Positions 52,065 to 61,338 of a stretch of 64,000 nt of DNA are shown in pieces (position 1 is the first letter of the stretch; every line of letters starts with the position of its first letter). The position numbers and the translations under genes were made by a program. This stretch comes from an uncultured Candidatus Saccharibacteria bacterium. Its GTDB lineage: Bacteria; Patescibacteriota; UBA1384; DTJR01. The DNA lies in assembly GCA_964487045.1 (NCBI GenBank), contig CAZAOT010000003.1, positions 72,983 to 136,982 on the forward strand. Reading direction: 5' to 3'. The notes beneath the pieces are model-generated. The model worked only from the letters and a program-made list of their open reading frames with translations. It ran no database searches and was not told the origin of the DNA.

Positions 52065-52928
52065 ATGAGCCATAAGTATTTGATTGGAGCTAGTTTAGGA
52101 TACTCTGGAATTGAAGCGATCACTTCCGATCAAAATTTTAATATACTGGAAAAGAAGTCCAATCCTTTCCCGGGCAAGTTAGGCAAGGATACAATAGTCG
52201 CAAAATTATCTAAAACCATTACTTCGCTTGCTGAATATCACAACTCTTTTGCGGTAGGGATAAGTTTGCCTGCGGTTTTCGATCAAAGTAATAAAAAAAT
52301 CATTTCTTCTCAAATCGAAGGACTTGAAGGTGTGGATATTTATAGTCTGCTCTCGCGAAAAATTGATAAGCCAATTTTTTTCTTCCGAAGAAACTTCTCG
52401 ATTATGCTTTCTGAGCAAGCTTTTGGCGCGGCTAAAGATCTTAAAAACGCAGTATTGGTTGAAATTGGTAGAGATATCTCATGCGCGCTTCTCATCGGCG
52501 GGAAGATCTACAAAGGATCAAATAACGCCGCTGGACTAATTGACGAAACAATAGTCGATATTACTAGGGAAAAGAGGAATGAAGGAGGGACATTCTCAAG
52601 TTTAATTTCCGGTGAGGGTATTGAATCATTAACCGGAAAATCTGTGTATGAAATTCTAAAAGATTCCAAGGACTCAAACTTAGTTAGCAAACAGATAATC
52701 AGAGACCTCAAAGAAACATTACTTACTGGTTTTATTAATGCTAAGCTTTTGCTGGACCCCGAAGCTTTTATAGTAAGTGGGGAAATATTACAAAATTACG
52801 CTTTATTTGAAGCCGCTTTTAAAGACCTTGGAGTAGAGGTAAAAAAAGGAGAAATTGGCTCATCGGCCCCGGCACTTGGTGGGGCAATTGCCCTGTATAA
52901 TAAAGTAAATAAGAAGGACGTTAAATGA
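52065..52928 (+). CDS. ROK-family/sugar-kinase-like protein
   Basis: ASKHA-fold-like pattern and size. The glycine motifs are degenerate. Confidence 0.5.
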   Translation: MSHKYLIGASLGYSGIEAITSDQNFNILEKKSNPFPGKLGKDTIVAKLSKTITSLAEYHNSFAVGISLPAVFDQSNKKIISSQIEGLEGVDIYSLLSRKIDKPIFFFRRNFSIMLSEQAFGAAKDLKNAVLVEIGRDISCALLIGGKIYKGSNNAAGLIDETIVDITREKRNEGGTFSSLISGEGIESLTGKSVYEILKDSKDSNLVSKQIIRDLKETLLTGFINAKLLLDPEAFIVSGEILQNYALFEAAFKDLGVEVKKGEIGSSAPALGGAIALYNKVNKKDVK

Positions 52929-53485
52929 TTGGATACGTTAAAGGAAAGATCATAGCTAAAAGCAGCAACTCATTAATACTAGAGAACCAGGGATTGGGTT
53001 ATAAAATAAACACTGGCAATTTTCCCAAGGGCGAGATCGGTCAAGAGGCGGAATTTTATTGTTATCACTATGTCAGAGAAGACATAAATGATTTATTCGG
53101 TTTTCAAAATTATGAATCGCTCGAATTCTTTGAGCTTTTACTAAGTGTTTCAGGAGTTGGGCCAAAGGTTGCACAAACGATACTTAATAATTTATCTAAA
53201 CAGAAAATAATTCAGGCAATCGATACTAATGATCTGAATTTATTTAAAAGTATTCCCGGAATTGGCACTAAAGTAGCCGCTAAAATCATAGTCGAACTCA
53301 AAAGTAAGCTTAGTAAGAATGATATAGATCTCAATTCGATTGAAAATGACGAGACGGTTGATGCTCTTTTGGCTCTTGGACTTAAAAAAGCAGAAATTCT
53401 TCCCGCTCTTAAAAATATACCACCAGATATGGATAGCGTTCAGGAAAAAGTTAAATTCGTTCTCAAGAATGTCTCCAAATCCTGA
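52925..53485 (+). CDS. ruvA: Holliday junction DNA helicase subunit RuvA
   Basis: MIGYVKGKI N-terminus and two HhH motifs (VSGVGPKVAQ, IPGIGTKVAAKI). Confidence 0.9.
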   Translation: MIGYVKGKIIAKSSNSLILENQGLGYKINTGNFPKGEIGQEAEFYCYHYVREDINDLFGFQNYESLEFFELLLSVSGVGPKVAQTILNNLSKQKIIQAIDTNDLNLFKSIPGIGTKVAAKIIVELKSKLSKNDIDLNSIENDETVDALLALGLKKAEILPALKNIPPDMDSVQEKVKFVLKNVSKS

Positions 53486-55463
53486 AATAGAGTTAAAAAA
53501 TATTTCTGGAATTGGACCTAAGTATCAACTAGCCTTAAATAAACTCGGTATTTTTAGCGTGCATGATTTGATCTATTTTTTGCCAAAAAGAATAATTGAT
53601 CTTACGAATATAACCCCAATTGATAAAGTTAAATCTTTAGTTGACAAAGAAGTGGTGATCGAGGCTAGGGTTAGAAGTGTTAACGTCGTTAGAACTAAAA
53701 TTAAAAAGATGTGGGTTGTCGAAGCGATTCTGGAAGATGAATCCTCGGCGATCCAGGCGATTTGGTTTAATCAGCCATATCTTTTTAAATTCCTCAAGCA
53801 AAATAAAGACTTAAAGATCTATAAAGCAACTGTTAATCTCTCTAGCAAGAAAATATTTTTAAATAATCCGGAAATTTATCCTAAAAAAGGTCTCTATCCA
53901 ATATATAGACAGACTAAGAATTTATCTTCCAGGATTATTAGCAGAATAATCAATAAAATTTTAATCGAAAGTCTTTTGAAAAAAGATCTCTTGCCAGCAC
54001 CTGTTCGCAAAAAAAATAATTTGCCAATATTGTTTGATGCTGCGAAACTCGTACACTTTCCTGGCAGTATTGCTGATTATAAATTAGGAAAATATCGTTT
54101 TTTGTTTGAAGAATTATTTCTGTTTATGTTAGTTAATCTAAAAATTAAGACAGAATTTGATAGCCAAAAGTCCCCAGTAATTAAAAGCTCTGGAGAGCTA
54201 AAAAAACTTTCTGAAAAACTTCCATTTAAACTTACTCAAGATCAAAATGAAACACTAGCAGATATTCTGGAAGATTTTAAGAAGAAACGTCCAATGAATA
54301 GAATAATTCAGGGAGATGTGGGCTCTGGGAAAACGGTGGTTGCGTTTTTGGCGGCGCTAGAGGCTGTATTGTCTGGTTTTCAAGTTGCGGTTCTGGCTCC
54401 TACTGAAATATTGGCGATGCAACACTTTGAAACGTTTCAATCTTTGGCTACAGGTCTTAATTTCAAAATTAATCTAAGTCTAGTTACATCCAAAACAAAA
54501 AAGATAGCCAGTAATGAAAATATAATTATAGGTACTCACTCGCTTTTTAATTATAAATTCAAAAATCTTGGTCTAATCATTATTGACGAACAGCAGCGAT
54601 TTGGGGTCGAGCAGCGTTCCCTATTGCTCGAGTCACATGGTTATATGCCACATTATTTAAGTTTGTCCGCTACGCCAATTCCAAGAACACTTGCCCACGT
54701 AGTTTTTGCTAATTGTGATTTGTCGGTAATTAAGGAAAAACCTAAGGGCCGCCAGAAAGTAGATAGTTTCTTGATTCCGGAAAACAAGAGGCAATCAGCG
54801 TACGAATTTGTAGATAAATTGTTAGCAAGGGGCCAACAAGCTTTTGTTATCTGTCCTTTAATTGTCGCTGACGGTCTATACGACGATAAGAAATCTGTGG
54901 AGTCAGAGATGCGTAATATTAAGAAGTCTATTCTCGGAAAAAGAAGGATCGCTTCGCTGCACGGCAAGATGAAAATAAAAGACAAGGAAAAAGTTATCCT
55001 AGACTTTAGACGAGGAGAAATAGATATATTGGTTTCCACGAGTGTAGTTGAGGTTGGAGTAGATATTCCAAAGGCTACTGCAATGATAATCGAAGATGCT
55101 CAAATGTTTGGACTTTCTCAACTCCATCAATTTAGAGGGAGGGTGGGTAGGTCGGATTTGAAGTCATATTGTTTTTTATTTGCAAAAATTGAAAATGAAA
55201 TTACCAAAAAACGCTTAAAAGCTTTTATCCAAAATGATGATGGATTCGAGCTATCAAGCTATGATTTAAAGCTAAGGGGTCCTGGATCAATGTTTGATAT
55301 AAGTCAATCAGGATTTTCAAATATTAATCCTTTATGGTTTGAGAATTCTAAATTACTTGATGAGTGCTCTAGGTCAGCCAAGGAAGTTTTAGATGAACTT
55401 GATAAATATCCTAATCTTAAAGAAGAAATTAATTCTAAAATATCAGTTACGCATCTTGACTAA
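53469..55463 (+). CDS. recG: ATP-dependent DNA helicase RecG
   Basis: Helicase motifs GDVGSGKT, DEQQRFGV and SATPIPRT, plus the wedge region. The ATG at 53469 is preferred to the track start at 53340, which lies inside ruvA. Confidence 0.9.
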   Translation: MSPNPEIELKNISGIGPKYQLALNKLGIFSVHDLIYFLPKRIIDLTNITPIDKVKSLVDKEVVIEARVRSVNVVRTKIKKMWVVEAILEDESSAIQAIWFNQPYLFKFLKQNKDLKIYKATVNLSSKKIFLNNPEIYPKKGLYPIYRQTKNLSSRIISRIINKILIESLLKKDLLPAPVRKKNNLPILFDAAKLVHFPGSIADYKLGKYRFLFEELFLFMLVNLKIKTEFDSQKSPVIKSSGELKKLSEKLPFKLTQDQNETLADILEDFKKKRPMNRIIQGDVGSGKTVVAFLAALEAVLSGFQVAVLAPTEILAMQHFETFQSLATGLNFKINLSLVTSKTKKIASNENIIIGTHSLFNYKFKNLGLIIIDEQQRFGVEQRSLLLESHGYMPHYLSLSATPIPRTLAHVVFANCDLSVIKEKPKGRQKVDSFLIPENKRQSAYEFVDKLLARGQQAFVICPLIVADGLYDDKKSVESEMRNIKKSILGKRRIASLHGKMKIKDKEKVILDFRRGEIDILVSTSVVEVGVDIPKATAMIIEDAQMFGLSQLHQFRGRVGRSDLKSYCFLFAKIENEITKKRLKAFIQNDDGFELSSYDLKLRGPGSMFDISQSGFSNINPLWFENSKLLDECSRSAKEVLDELDKYPNLKEEINSKISVTHLD

Positions 55464-55501
55464 CTTGAAACTAAGTAAGATTAGGCACATAATTTTAATA
55501 A

Positions 55502-55996
55502 ATGAGGTCTTCAAAAAAAGTAGGATCTGAGTTATCGAGAGTAAAACTTTATCTTTTAATTTTTCTTGGTCTAGCCATTATGTTTGGTAGTGGAATATTA
55601 TTTTGGCAGATTCAGAAACAGAACTCAGCTTCTTCGAATACCGAGAATTTAGCGTTAAAAAATCAAATAGATGATCTAAATAAAAGGATCGACGAGTTAA
55701 ATAAAACCATTTTAGAAGCAAAAAATGCTTCACCGATAGTGGAGACTCGCTCTTACACAAAATCTTCTGGTCAGGTAGCTGGCGAACAATCGAGTAGGGT
55801 TAATGGAAAAATAAATATAAATTCTGCCAGTAGCTCTGAGCTTGACTCCCTGCCTGGAATAGGCGCTTCTTATGCTGCGCGAATTATCGAATATCGTGAA
55901 TCAAATGGCGGATTTAAGTCAATTGATGAGATAAAAAATATTAAAGGTATCGGGGATAAGACTTTTGATAAATTAAAAGATCTAATTAGCGTTTGA
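55502..55996 (+). CDS. comEA: ComEA-type HhH DNA-binding competence protein
   Basis: N-terminal anchor and a C-terminal tandem HhH (LPGIGASYAARII...IKGIGDKTFDKL). Confidence 0.88.
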   Translation: MRSSKKVGSELSRVKLYLLIFLGLAIMFGSGILFWQIQKQNSASSNTENLALKNQIDDLNKRIDELNKTILEAKNASPIVETRSYTKSSGQVAGEQSSRVNGKININSASSSELDSLPGIGASYAARIIEYRESNGGFKSIDEIKNIKGIGDKTFDKLKDLISV

Positions 55997-56067
55997 TAGT
56001 GCCTTGGGGCTATAGCTAGAATGCCTTCTTTGATTTATAATGTGATAGTGATAAGTAAGGAGGGAAA

Positions 56068-59000
56068 ATTAGAAATAATTTTCTAGTTATTGTATTAGGT
56101 CTATCTTTTGTGGCATTTACTTCTTGTATTTCTGTTTCTCAAGCCGCAGCCGATGAAGATATAACAATTTCTTCAAATACTACCTGGGTTGCTGGGACAT
56201 ATACTTATAGAGATATCACTGTCACCAACAATGCAACATTAACTCTAGGTGGAACTTATACAACCGATACCAACGGTACGGGTGTAATTATTAATGCTAG
56301 GAGCGTTACTGTAAATTCAGGCTCTACAATCTCCGCTACCGGTCAGGGTTATGCTGCTAATGCTGGAATTGGTAAGGGAACGAATGTTAGTGCTTATGGC
56401 GGCGGCGGCAGCCACGCTAACAATGGTGGAAATCATGCTATTGGCTCTGGTGGTGGTACTACTTTATACGGCTCAACAACTGCTCCGACAACACTCGGCT
56501 CTGGCGGCGGAAATGGAGGAGCAGGTGGAGGGGCGATTCAGCTTAATTTATCTGGAAATTTATCTCTTGCTGGGAATATATACGCAAAAGGAAATAATGG
56601 TGGCACTAATACTGGTTCAGGTGCTGGCGGTTCAATTTATATAAGCGCTGTCGATTTATCTGGCGCTGGAAATATTAGTGTTAATGGGGGTAGCTCAGGA
56701 TCAGGTGGCGGCGGCGGTAGCGGCGGAAGAATTATGATTTATCACACAGGAACAAATTCTTTAACTGATGGTAACATTACAGCCGCTGGCGGAACTGGTT
56801 ACGCATCTGGCGGAGTTGGTTCTAAGCTGATCTATAACAAGACAACTAAAGACGTAACAATTGCTTCTGATATTACAATCGATTCGACAATGGGAATTGA
56901 TGAAAATGGAGACCCATCAACAGACGGAATATTTCACTTTAATGATTTAACTATTAATAATAATGCAAACCTATATTCAAAAGCTTATTACACTACTGAC
57001 ACAAACGGAACAGGTATTGAGCTAAGTTTGACTGGCGACTTGAATGTTGCCTCTGGGGCAAAAATTAATGGTATCGGTAAGGGTTATGCCTATCAGGCAG
57101 GGGACGGAAAGCCTACTGGAGTAAGCAATACTTATGGCGGAGGTGGAGCTCACGGGGGTAATGGTGGACGTGGCGATCCTGCTGGAAGCGGCGGAACAAA
57201 ATACGATTCAACCCTTTTTCCTGTAAAACCTGGGAGTGGAGGTTACACTACTCGTGGAGGTGCAGGAGGAAGTGCAGTTAAGATCACGGCAAGTGCGATA
57301 ACGGTAGATGGCTCGATCGACCAATCTGGCGCGGTTGTTGTGGCGAATGCTTCAAATAACGGTGGTGGTGGTGCTGGTGGATCGGTATATGTTGTTGCTG
57401 ACTCGCTTTCTGGTGCTGGTACGATCAAAGCTGATGGGACAAATGGTTATGGATATAGTGGCGGTGGCGGTGGAGGAAGGATTGCGATTTATGCTGACAC
57501 TTCCGGATTTAATACTAACAATATAACTGCAGCCAAGGGTATCAAGGGTGGATCTGGTCTTTCTGCTGATGGAGATGTCGGGACTATCTTTTTATACGAT
57601 ACTGCATCCGGAAATGTTTCAGCTTCAAGCGATGTAACTTTTAATGCGGATCAAGGTGTGAGTCGTGATGGTTCAGCTAGAACTGACGGAGTTTTTTATT
57701 TTAATAATTTGACTGTTACGAATAATGCTACTGTGACAATTGGTGGTTACTATACCGATGACACTAATGGTCGCGGAGTAACTATAAATCTCGATGGAAG
57801 CTTAACGATAGATTCTGGATCAACTGTAACAGCAAGCGGACAGGGATACACGGCTGGAGCTGGTCCGGGCAAGGGTTCGGGAGGTTCTTCTACTTCTGGA
57901 TCAGGTGGTAGCTATGGAGGTGTCGGCGGCCAGTCGTACAACAACAACTTAGCCCCAGCGGTTTACGGTACCACCGAAGCTAATTTTCCTTATAAACTTG
58001 GTTCAAGTGGCGGCGCTGGTGATCAGGTCACGGGCCCTGCAGGCGGAGGGGCGGTGACATTCCGTGTTCTGGGAAATATTGTAAATAACGGAACTATTTC
58101 TGCTGACGGCTCAGTTGCTAAGGCCAGTCCAATTCCGGGTTGGTACACTGGGGGTGGATCTGGAGGAAGCGTCTTTCTTGTTTGTAACACCCTATCTGGC
58201 AGTGGAACGATAACCGCTAAAGGTGGCAATGGTGCAGGAACTGATTATGGATCTGGTGGCGGTGGAGGAGGAAGAATATCAGTTGTTTATTCAACTAGTC
58301 AAAATATCGCACTAGGAAACTTCTCAGCATCAGGCGGCACTGGCGGTGGCGGAGTATCTAACCGAAATGGAGCAGAAGGATCTGTTAACATTACGCAGAA
58401 AGTGTTGCCTGCCGCTGAATTTACTTTAAAAAATCCTAATAATGATTCAACCCAATTCACTAACACAGAGAACGTAGAAATTGTGCCGACTGATGAGACT
58501 GTCGAAAAATATAAGGAAGCCGCGTCAGTAAATGAATTAGTCCCTGCGTTTTACGCCGACGGTTGGGCAAATATCACGGATGGTAAGGATGTTGGAGCTT
58601 CAGAGGGGGCAAAAACTGTTAGAGCATGGTTTAAAGATTCAAATGAATTAATCTCGAGCTCTGTGGGAAGCGCTACAATTACGCTTGATAAAACTCAACC
58701 AGATATTACGATCTCAAATAATAATCAGTCAGTTTCAAATGCTTCAACTACAGTTCAGCTTGATTTATCCGATAATACTTCCGGAATAGATTACCTATTG
58801 ATCAATGGTCAAAGAGTTGAGGTTAGTGCTCTATCCATTGTTTCCAGGGTTCAACCCTCAAGTATAAAAGCCTATGCTGATAATATTACTTACGAGGCAA
58901 CCGTCTCTCTTGCTGAAGGAGAAAATTCAATTCCAATTGTTGTATATGATAAAGCTGGCAATTCTACTCAAACTACATTTATCGCGACAAGGACGACCCC

Positions 59001-59367
59001 AGTTGTCCCTTCGCCTACGCCAACTCCAGTTAACTCCAGCTTGCCTTCTAGCTCGGCTACCTCGACAGCATCTTCATCCGGTGAATCTTCATCAAGCGTA
59101 ACTGCCAGTGGCTCATCTACAGATTCGTCTGAAACCACAGAAGCTGAAGCTGGTGAAGGACTTATGTCATCTTTAGCCGAAAACATACAATCAGCGACAG
59201 AAAAAATTGCTGATGCCCTCAACCCATTTTCAAATAAATCTAGCATTGATGAGTCTGAAAATTCTGGATTGGAAAAATCTCCTTATTCTTCTCTAAAAAT
59301 CATTATTCTCATCATTCTTATGTTAACTGTTATCTTTAGCTACTTTGTCTTGAAGAATAAAAAGTAG
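56068..59367 (+). CDS. giant Gly-rich beta-helix-like surface protein with C-terminal TM anchor; probable ATT start
   Basis: The frame is open from 56059. An ATT at 56068 lies 4 nt after AAGGAGGG and restores the signal peptide (I/M)RNNFLVIVLGLSFVAFTSCISVSQA. The GTG at 56110 (track) would truncate it. Three internal repeats, a Ser/Thr linker and a terminal TM helix are present. Confidence 0.75.
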   Translation: MRNNFLVIVLGLSFVAFTSCISVSQAAADEDITISSNTTWVAGTYTYRDITVTNNATLTLGGTYTTDTNGTGVIINARSVTVNSGSTISATGQGYAANAGIGKGTNVSAYGGGGSHANNGGNHAIGSGGGTTLYGSTTAPTTLGSGGGNGGAGGGAIQLNLSGNLSLAGNIYAKGNNGGTNTGSGAGGSIYISAVDLSGAGNISVNGGSSGSGGGGGSGGRIMIYHTGTNSLTDGNITAAGGTGYASGGVGSKLIYNKTTKDVTIASDITIDSTMGIDENGDPSTDGIFHFNDLTINNNANLYSKAYYTTDTNGTGIELSLTGDLNVASGAKINGIGKGYAYQAGDGKPTGVSNTYGGGGAHGGNGGRGDPAGSGGTKYDSTLFPVKPGSGGYTTRGGAGGSAVKITASAITVDGSIDQSGAVVVANASNNGGGGAGGSVYVVADSLSGAGTIKADGTNGYGYSGGGGGGRIAIYADTSGFNTNNITAAKGIKGGSGLSADGDVGTIFLYDTASGNVSASSDVTFNADQGVSRDGSARTDGVFYFNNLTVTNNATVTIGGYYTDDTNGRGVTINLDGSLTIDSGSTVTASGQGYTAGAGPGKGSGGSSTSGSGGSYGGVGGQSYNNNLAPAVYGTTEANFPYKLGSSGGAGDQVTGPAGGGAVTFRVLGNIVNNGTISADGSVAKASPIPGWYTGGGSGGSVFLVCNTLSGSGTITAKGGNGAGTDYGSGGGGGGRISVVYSTSQNIALGNFSASGGTGGGGVSNRNGAEGSVNITQKVLPAAEFTLKNPNNDSTQFTNTENVEIVPTDETVEKYKEAASVNELVPAFYADGWANITDGKDVGASEGAKTVRAWFKDSNELISSSVGSATITLDKTQPDITISNNNQSVSNASTTVQLDLSDNTSGIDYLLINGQRVEVSALSIVSRVQPSSIKAYADNITYEATVSLAEGENSIPIVVYDKAGNSTQTTFIATRTTPVVPSPTPTPVNSSLPSSSATSTASSSGESSSSVTASGSSTDSSETTEAEAGEGLMSSLAENIQSATEKIADALNPFSNKSSIDESENSGLEKSPYSSLKIIILIILMLTVIFSYFVLKNKK
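56152..58400 (+). repeat. three tandem coding repeats (about 230-260 codons each) inside the surface protein
   Basis: Units begin near 56152, 56851 and 57611. Each has the order ...NN(A)T(L/V)T..GG.YTTDTNG.GV...SG(S)T(I/V).A.GQGY...G.GKG...GGGG..., ending in runs of GGGG. Confidence 0.75.
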
Positions 59368-59431
59368 TTTTTCTTATTTATTTTACGCAATAATCTGCTA
59401 AAATTATATTTCTAATTGTTTAGGAGAATAT

Positions 59432-60631
59432 ATGGAAATATTAAGAAACATGTGGCGAAGAAAATTCAGAACACTTTTGACGATTTTCGGGATTGTTATA
59501 GGAATTTTTGCTTTTACGGTGATGGGATCGATGGCGCTCAAGCTAAACAAAATGATAGATGGTGGAAAAAAATACGTAACCGGGCAGATTACCATTTCTC
59601 CTAAGGGTTCCGCTGGATATGGCGCTGCAACAGGAACACTGCCAATAGATACTATTAACAAAATTTCTCAAATAGATGGTGTGGATAAAATTGCTCCAAT
59701 GGCTTCCCTGTTGGTAGAAGAGCCAGACTTAGACAATCCGTCGATGAATTTTGGTGAGCCACCAACTATTTATGGTGAGGATCTTGAGTCTGGGTTTAAA
59801 AATCGCAACTGGGCGAATATGTCAATGAAATCTGGAAAGATGCTTGATAATAGTTCATCTGACAATGAGATTGCGATTGGGATAACTATCGCAACTGACA
59901 AAAAGCTTAATGTGGGTGATTCATATACAATCAGAGGCCGTGAATTTAAAGTAATCGGAATTGTGGATAAGACCATGACGGGTCCAGATAGTTATGTATT
60001 TATGAATATAACTCCTGCCAGGGAAATGCTGATTGAGTCAAGCCCATTTATGAAATCTCTTTACCAGGGCGGAAGGCTAAAGATGGAAGATGTTAACTCG
60101 ATGGCGGGTGTTTCTTGGAAGGACGGTTATGACTCCGAAAAGGTAGCCAATGACATAAAGGATCAGTTTGGTAAGGACGTAAGTGTTATGTCGCCGGTTA
60201 AAATGGGTGAAATGATAGATAAAGCATCTAGCACAATGAATGCAATTATACTTGGGTCAGCAATGCTGGCACTTATAGTTGGGCTTTTCTCGATCGTCAA
60301 CACGATGGTAATGAGTATTTCAGAAAGAACTAAGGAAATTGGTATCAAGAAAGCGATGGGTGCTTCACCTGCTTCGATTGCCTGGGAATATACGATGGAG
60401 GCCGGAGTTATAGGTTTAGTTGGAGGAGCGATCGGCATGGGCTTCGGAGTACTGGCTGCGACACTAGTTAATAATAAAATGGCTGAAAAAGGCGCAGAGA
60501 TATTTCTACTCGAGTCAAACTTTCTAATCGCTGTTGTAGCATTTTCGTTCGTGATAGGAATAATCGCAGGTGTGATTCCAGCAATAAGAGCTTCTCGGTT
60601 AAAGGTTGTAGAAGCAATTAGAGAACTCTAA
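59432..60631 (+). CDS. ABC transporter permease, FtsX/MacB-type
   Basis: N-terminal TM helix, a large periplasmic domain, and the C-terminal FtsX 3-TM bundle with EIGIKKAMGA. Confidence 0.88.
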   Translation: MEILRNMWRRKFRTLLTIFGIVIGIFAFTVMGSMALKLNKMIDGGKKYVTGQITISPKGSAGYGAATGTLPIDTINKISQIDGVDKIAPMASLLVEEPDLDNPSMNFGEPPTIYGEDLESGFKNRNWANMSMKSGKMLDNSSSDNEIAIGITIATDKKLNVGDSYTIRGREFKVIGIVDKTMTGPDSYVFMNITPAREMLIESSPFMKSLYQGGRLKMEDVNSMAGVSWKDGYDSEKVANDIKDQFGKDVSVMSPVKMGEMIDKASSTMNAIILGSAMLALIVGLFSIVNTMVMSISERTKEIGIKKAMGASPASIAWEYTMEAGVIGLVGGAIGMGFGVLAATLVNNKMAEKGAEIFLLESNFLIAVVAFSFVIGIIAGVIPAIRASRLKVVEAIREL

Positions 60632-60643
60632 ATAAGGAATATT

Positions 60644-61327
60644 ATGAATAAAATAATTGTTCAAGCAAAAAAGATTGAAAAGACCTACAAGATGTCTAAA
60701 AAGAATATCGTTAAGGCCCTTGATGGGGTTGACCTGGAAGTTTTAGAAGGAGATTTTTCGGCAATAATTGGTCCTTCTGGCTGTGGCAAGTCAACATTGA
60801 TGCATATCCTAGGACTCCTCGATCGACCCGACTCTGGTTCTCTGATTATCGACGGAGTTGATATGACTAAGCTACCAGAGAAAAAAGCTTATAAAATGAG
60901 AGCTAAAAAAATAGGATTTATTTTTCAAGGATTTAATCTTATCCCTACTCTGACAGCTCTTGAAAATGTTGTCTTGGCCGGAAGATATGGTGGTCTGAGA
61001 AAACGAGAAAGAACTAGCCGAGCCAAGGAGCTTTTAAAGATGCTGGGCTTAGAAGGTAGAATGAACCATAAGCCCAATGAGCTTTCAGGTGGGCAGCAAC
61101 AGAGAGTAGCTATTGCTAGGGCGCTTATGAATGACCCTGCTATTATTCTGGCTGATGAGCCTACAGGCGAACTTGATACCAAGACGTCGTTAGAGATTAT
61201 GGATATTCTAAAAAAATTAAATAAAGAAAAAAATAAGACATTCGTGATTGTTACTCACAATATGGAAGTAGCTGAATCTTGCAAAAAAATCATACGCTTG
61301 AGGGACGGCAAGAACGTCAGCAAATAA
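60644..61327 (+). CDS. ABC transporter ATP-binding protein (MacB/LolD-like)
   Basis: Walker A GPSGCGKST, signature LSGGQQQRVAIARAL, Walker B ILADEPTG. Confidence 0.95.
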   Translation: MNKIIVQAKKIEKTYKMSKKNIVKALDGVDLEVLEGDFSAIIGPSGCGKSTLMHILGLLDRPDSGSLIIDGVDMTKLPEKKAYKMRAKKIGFIFQGFNLIPTLTALENVVLAGRYGGLRKRERTSRAKELLKMLGLEGRMNHKPNELSGGQQQRVAIARALMNDPAIILADEPTGELDTKTSLEIMDILKKLNKEKNKTFVIVTHNMEVAESCKKIIRLRDGKNVSK

Positions 61328-61338
61328 GGAAGAATAAT

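Noticed and set aside
53340-53468. Long N-terminal extension of recG from the track start at 53340
   Set aside because: The extension lies entirely inside ruvA in another frame. The internal ATG at 53469 begins the conserved RecG N-terminus.
56351-59246. Several 60-100-aa ORFs on both strands inside the Gly-rich surface-protein gene
   Set aside because: These are alternative frames of GGN-rich repeats, fully nested in a 1.1k-aa ORF that has a signal peptide and an anchor.
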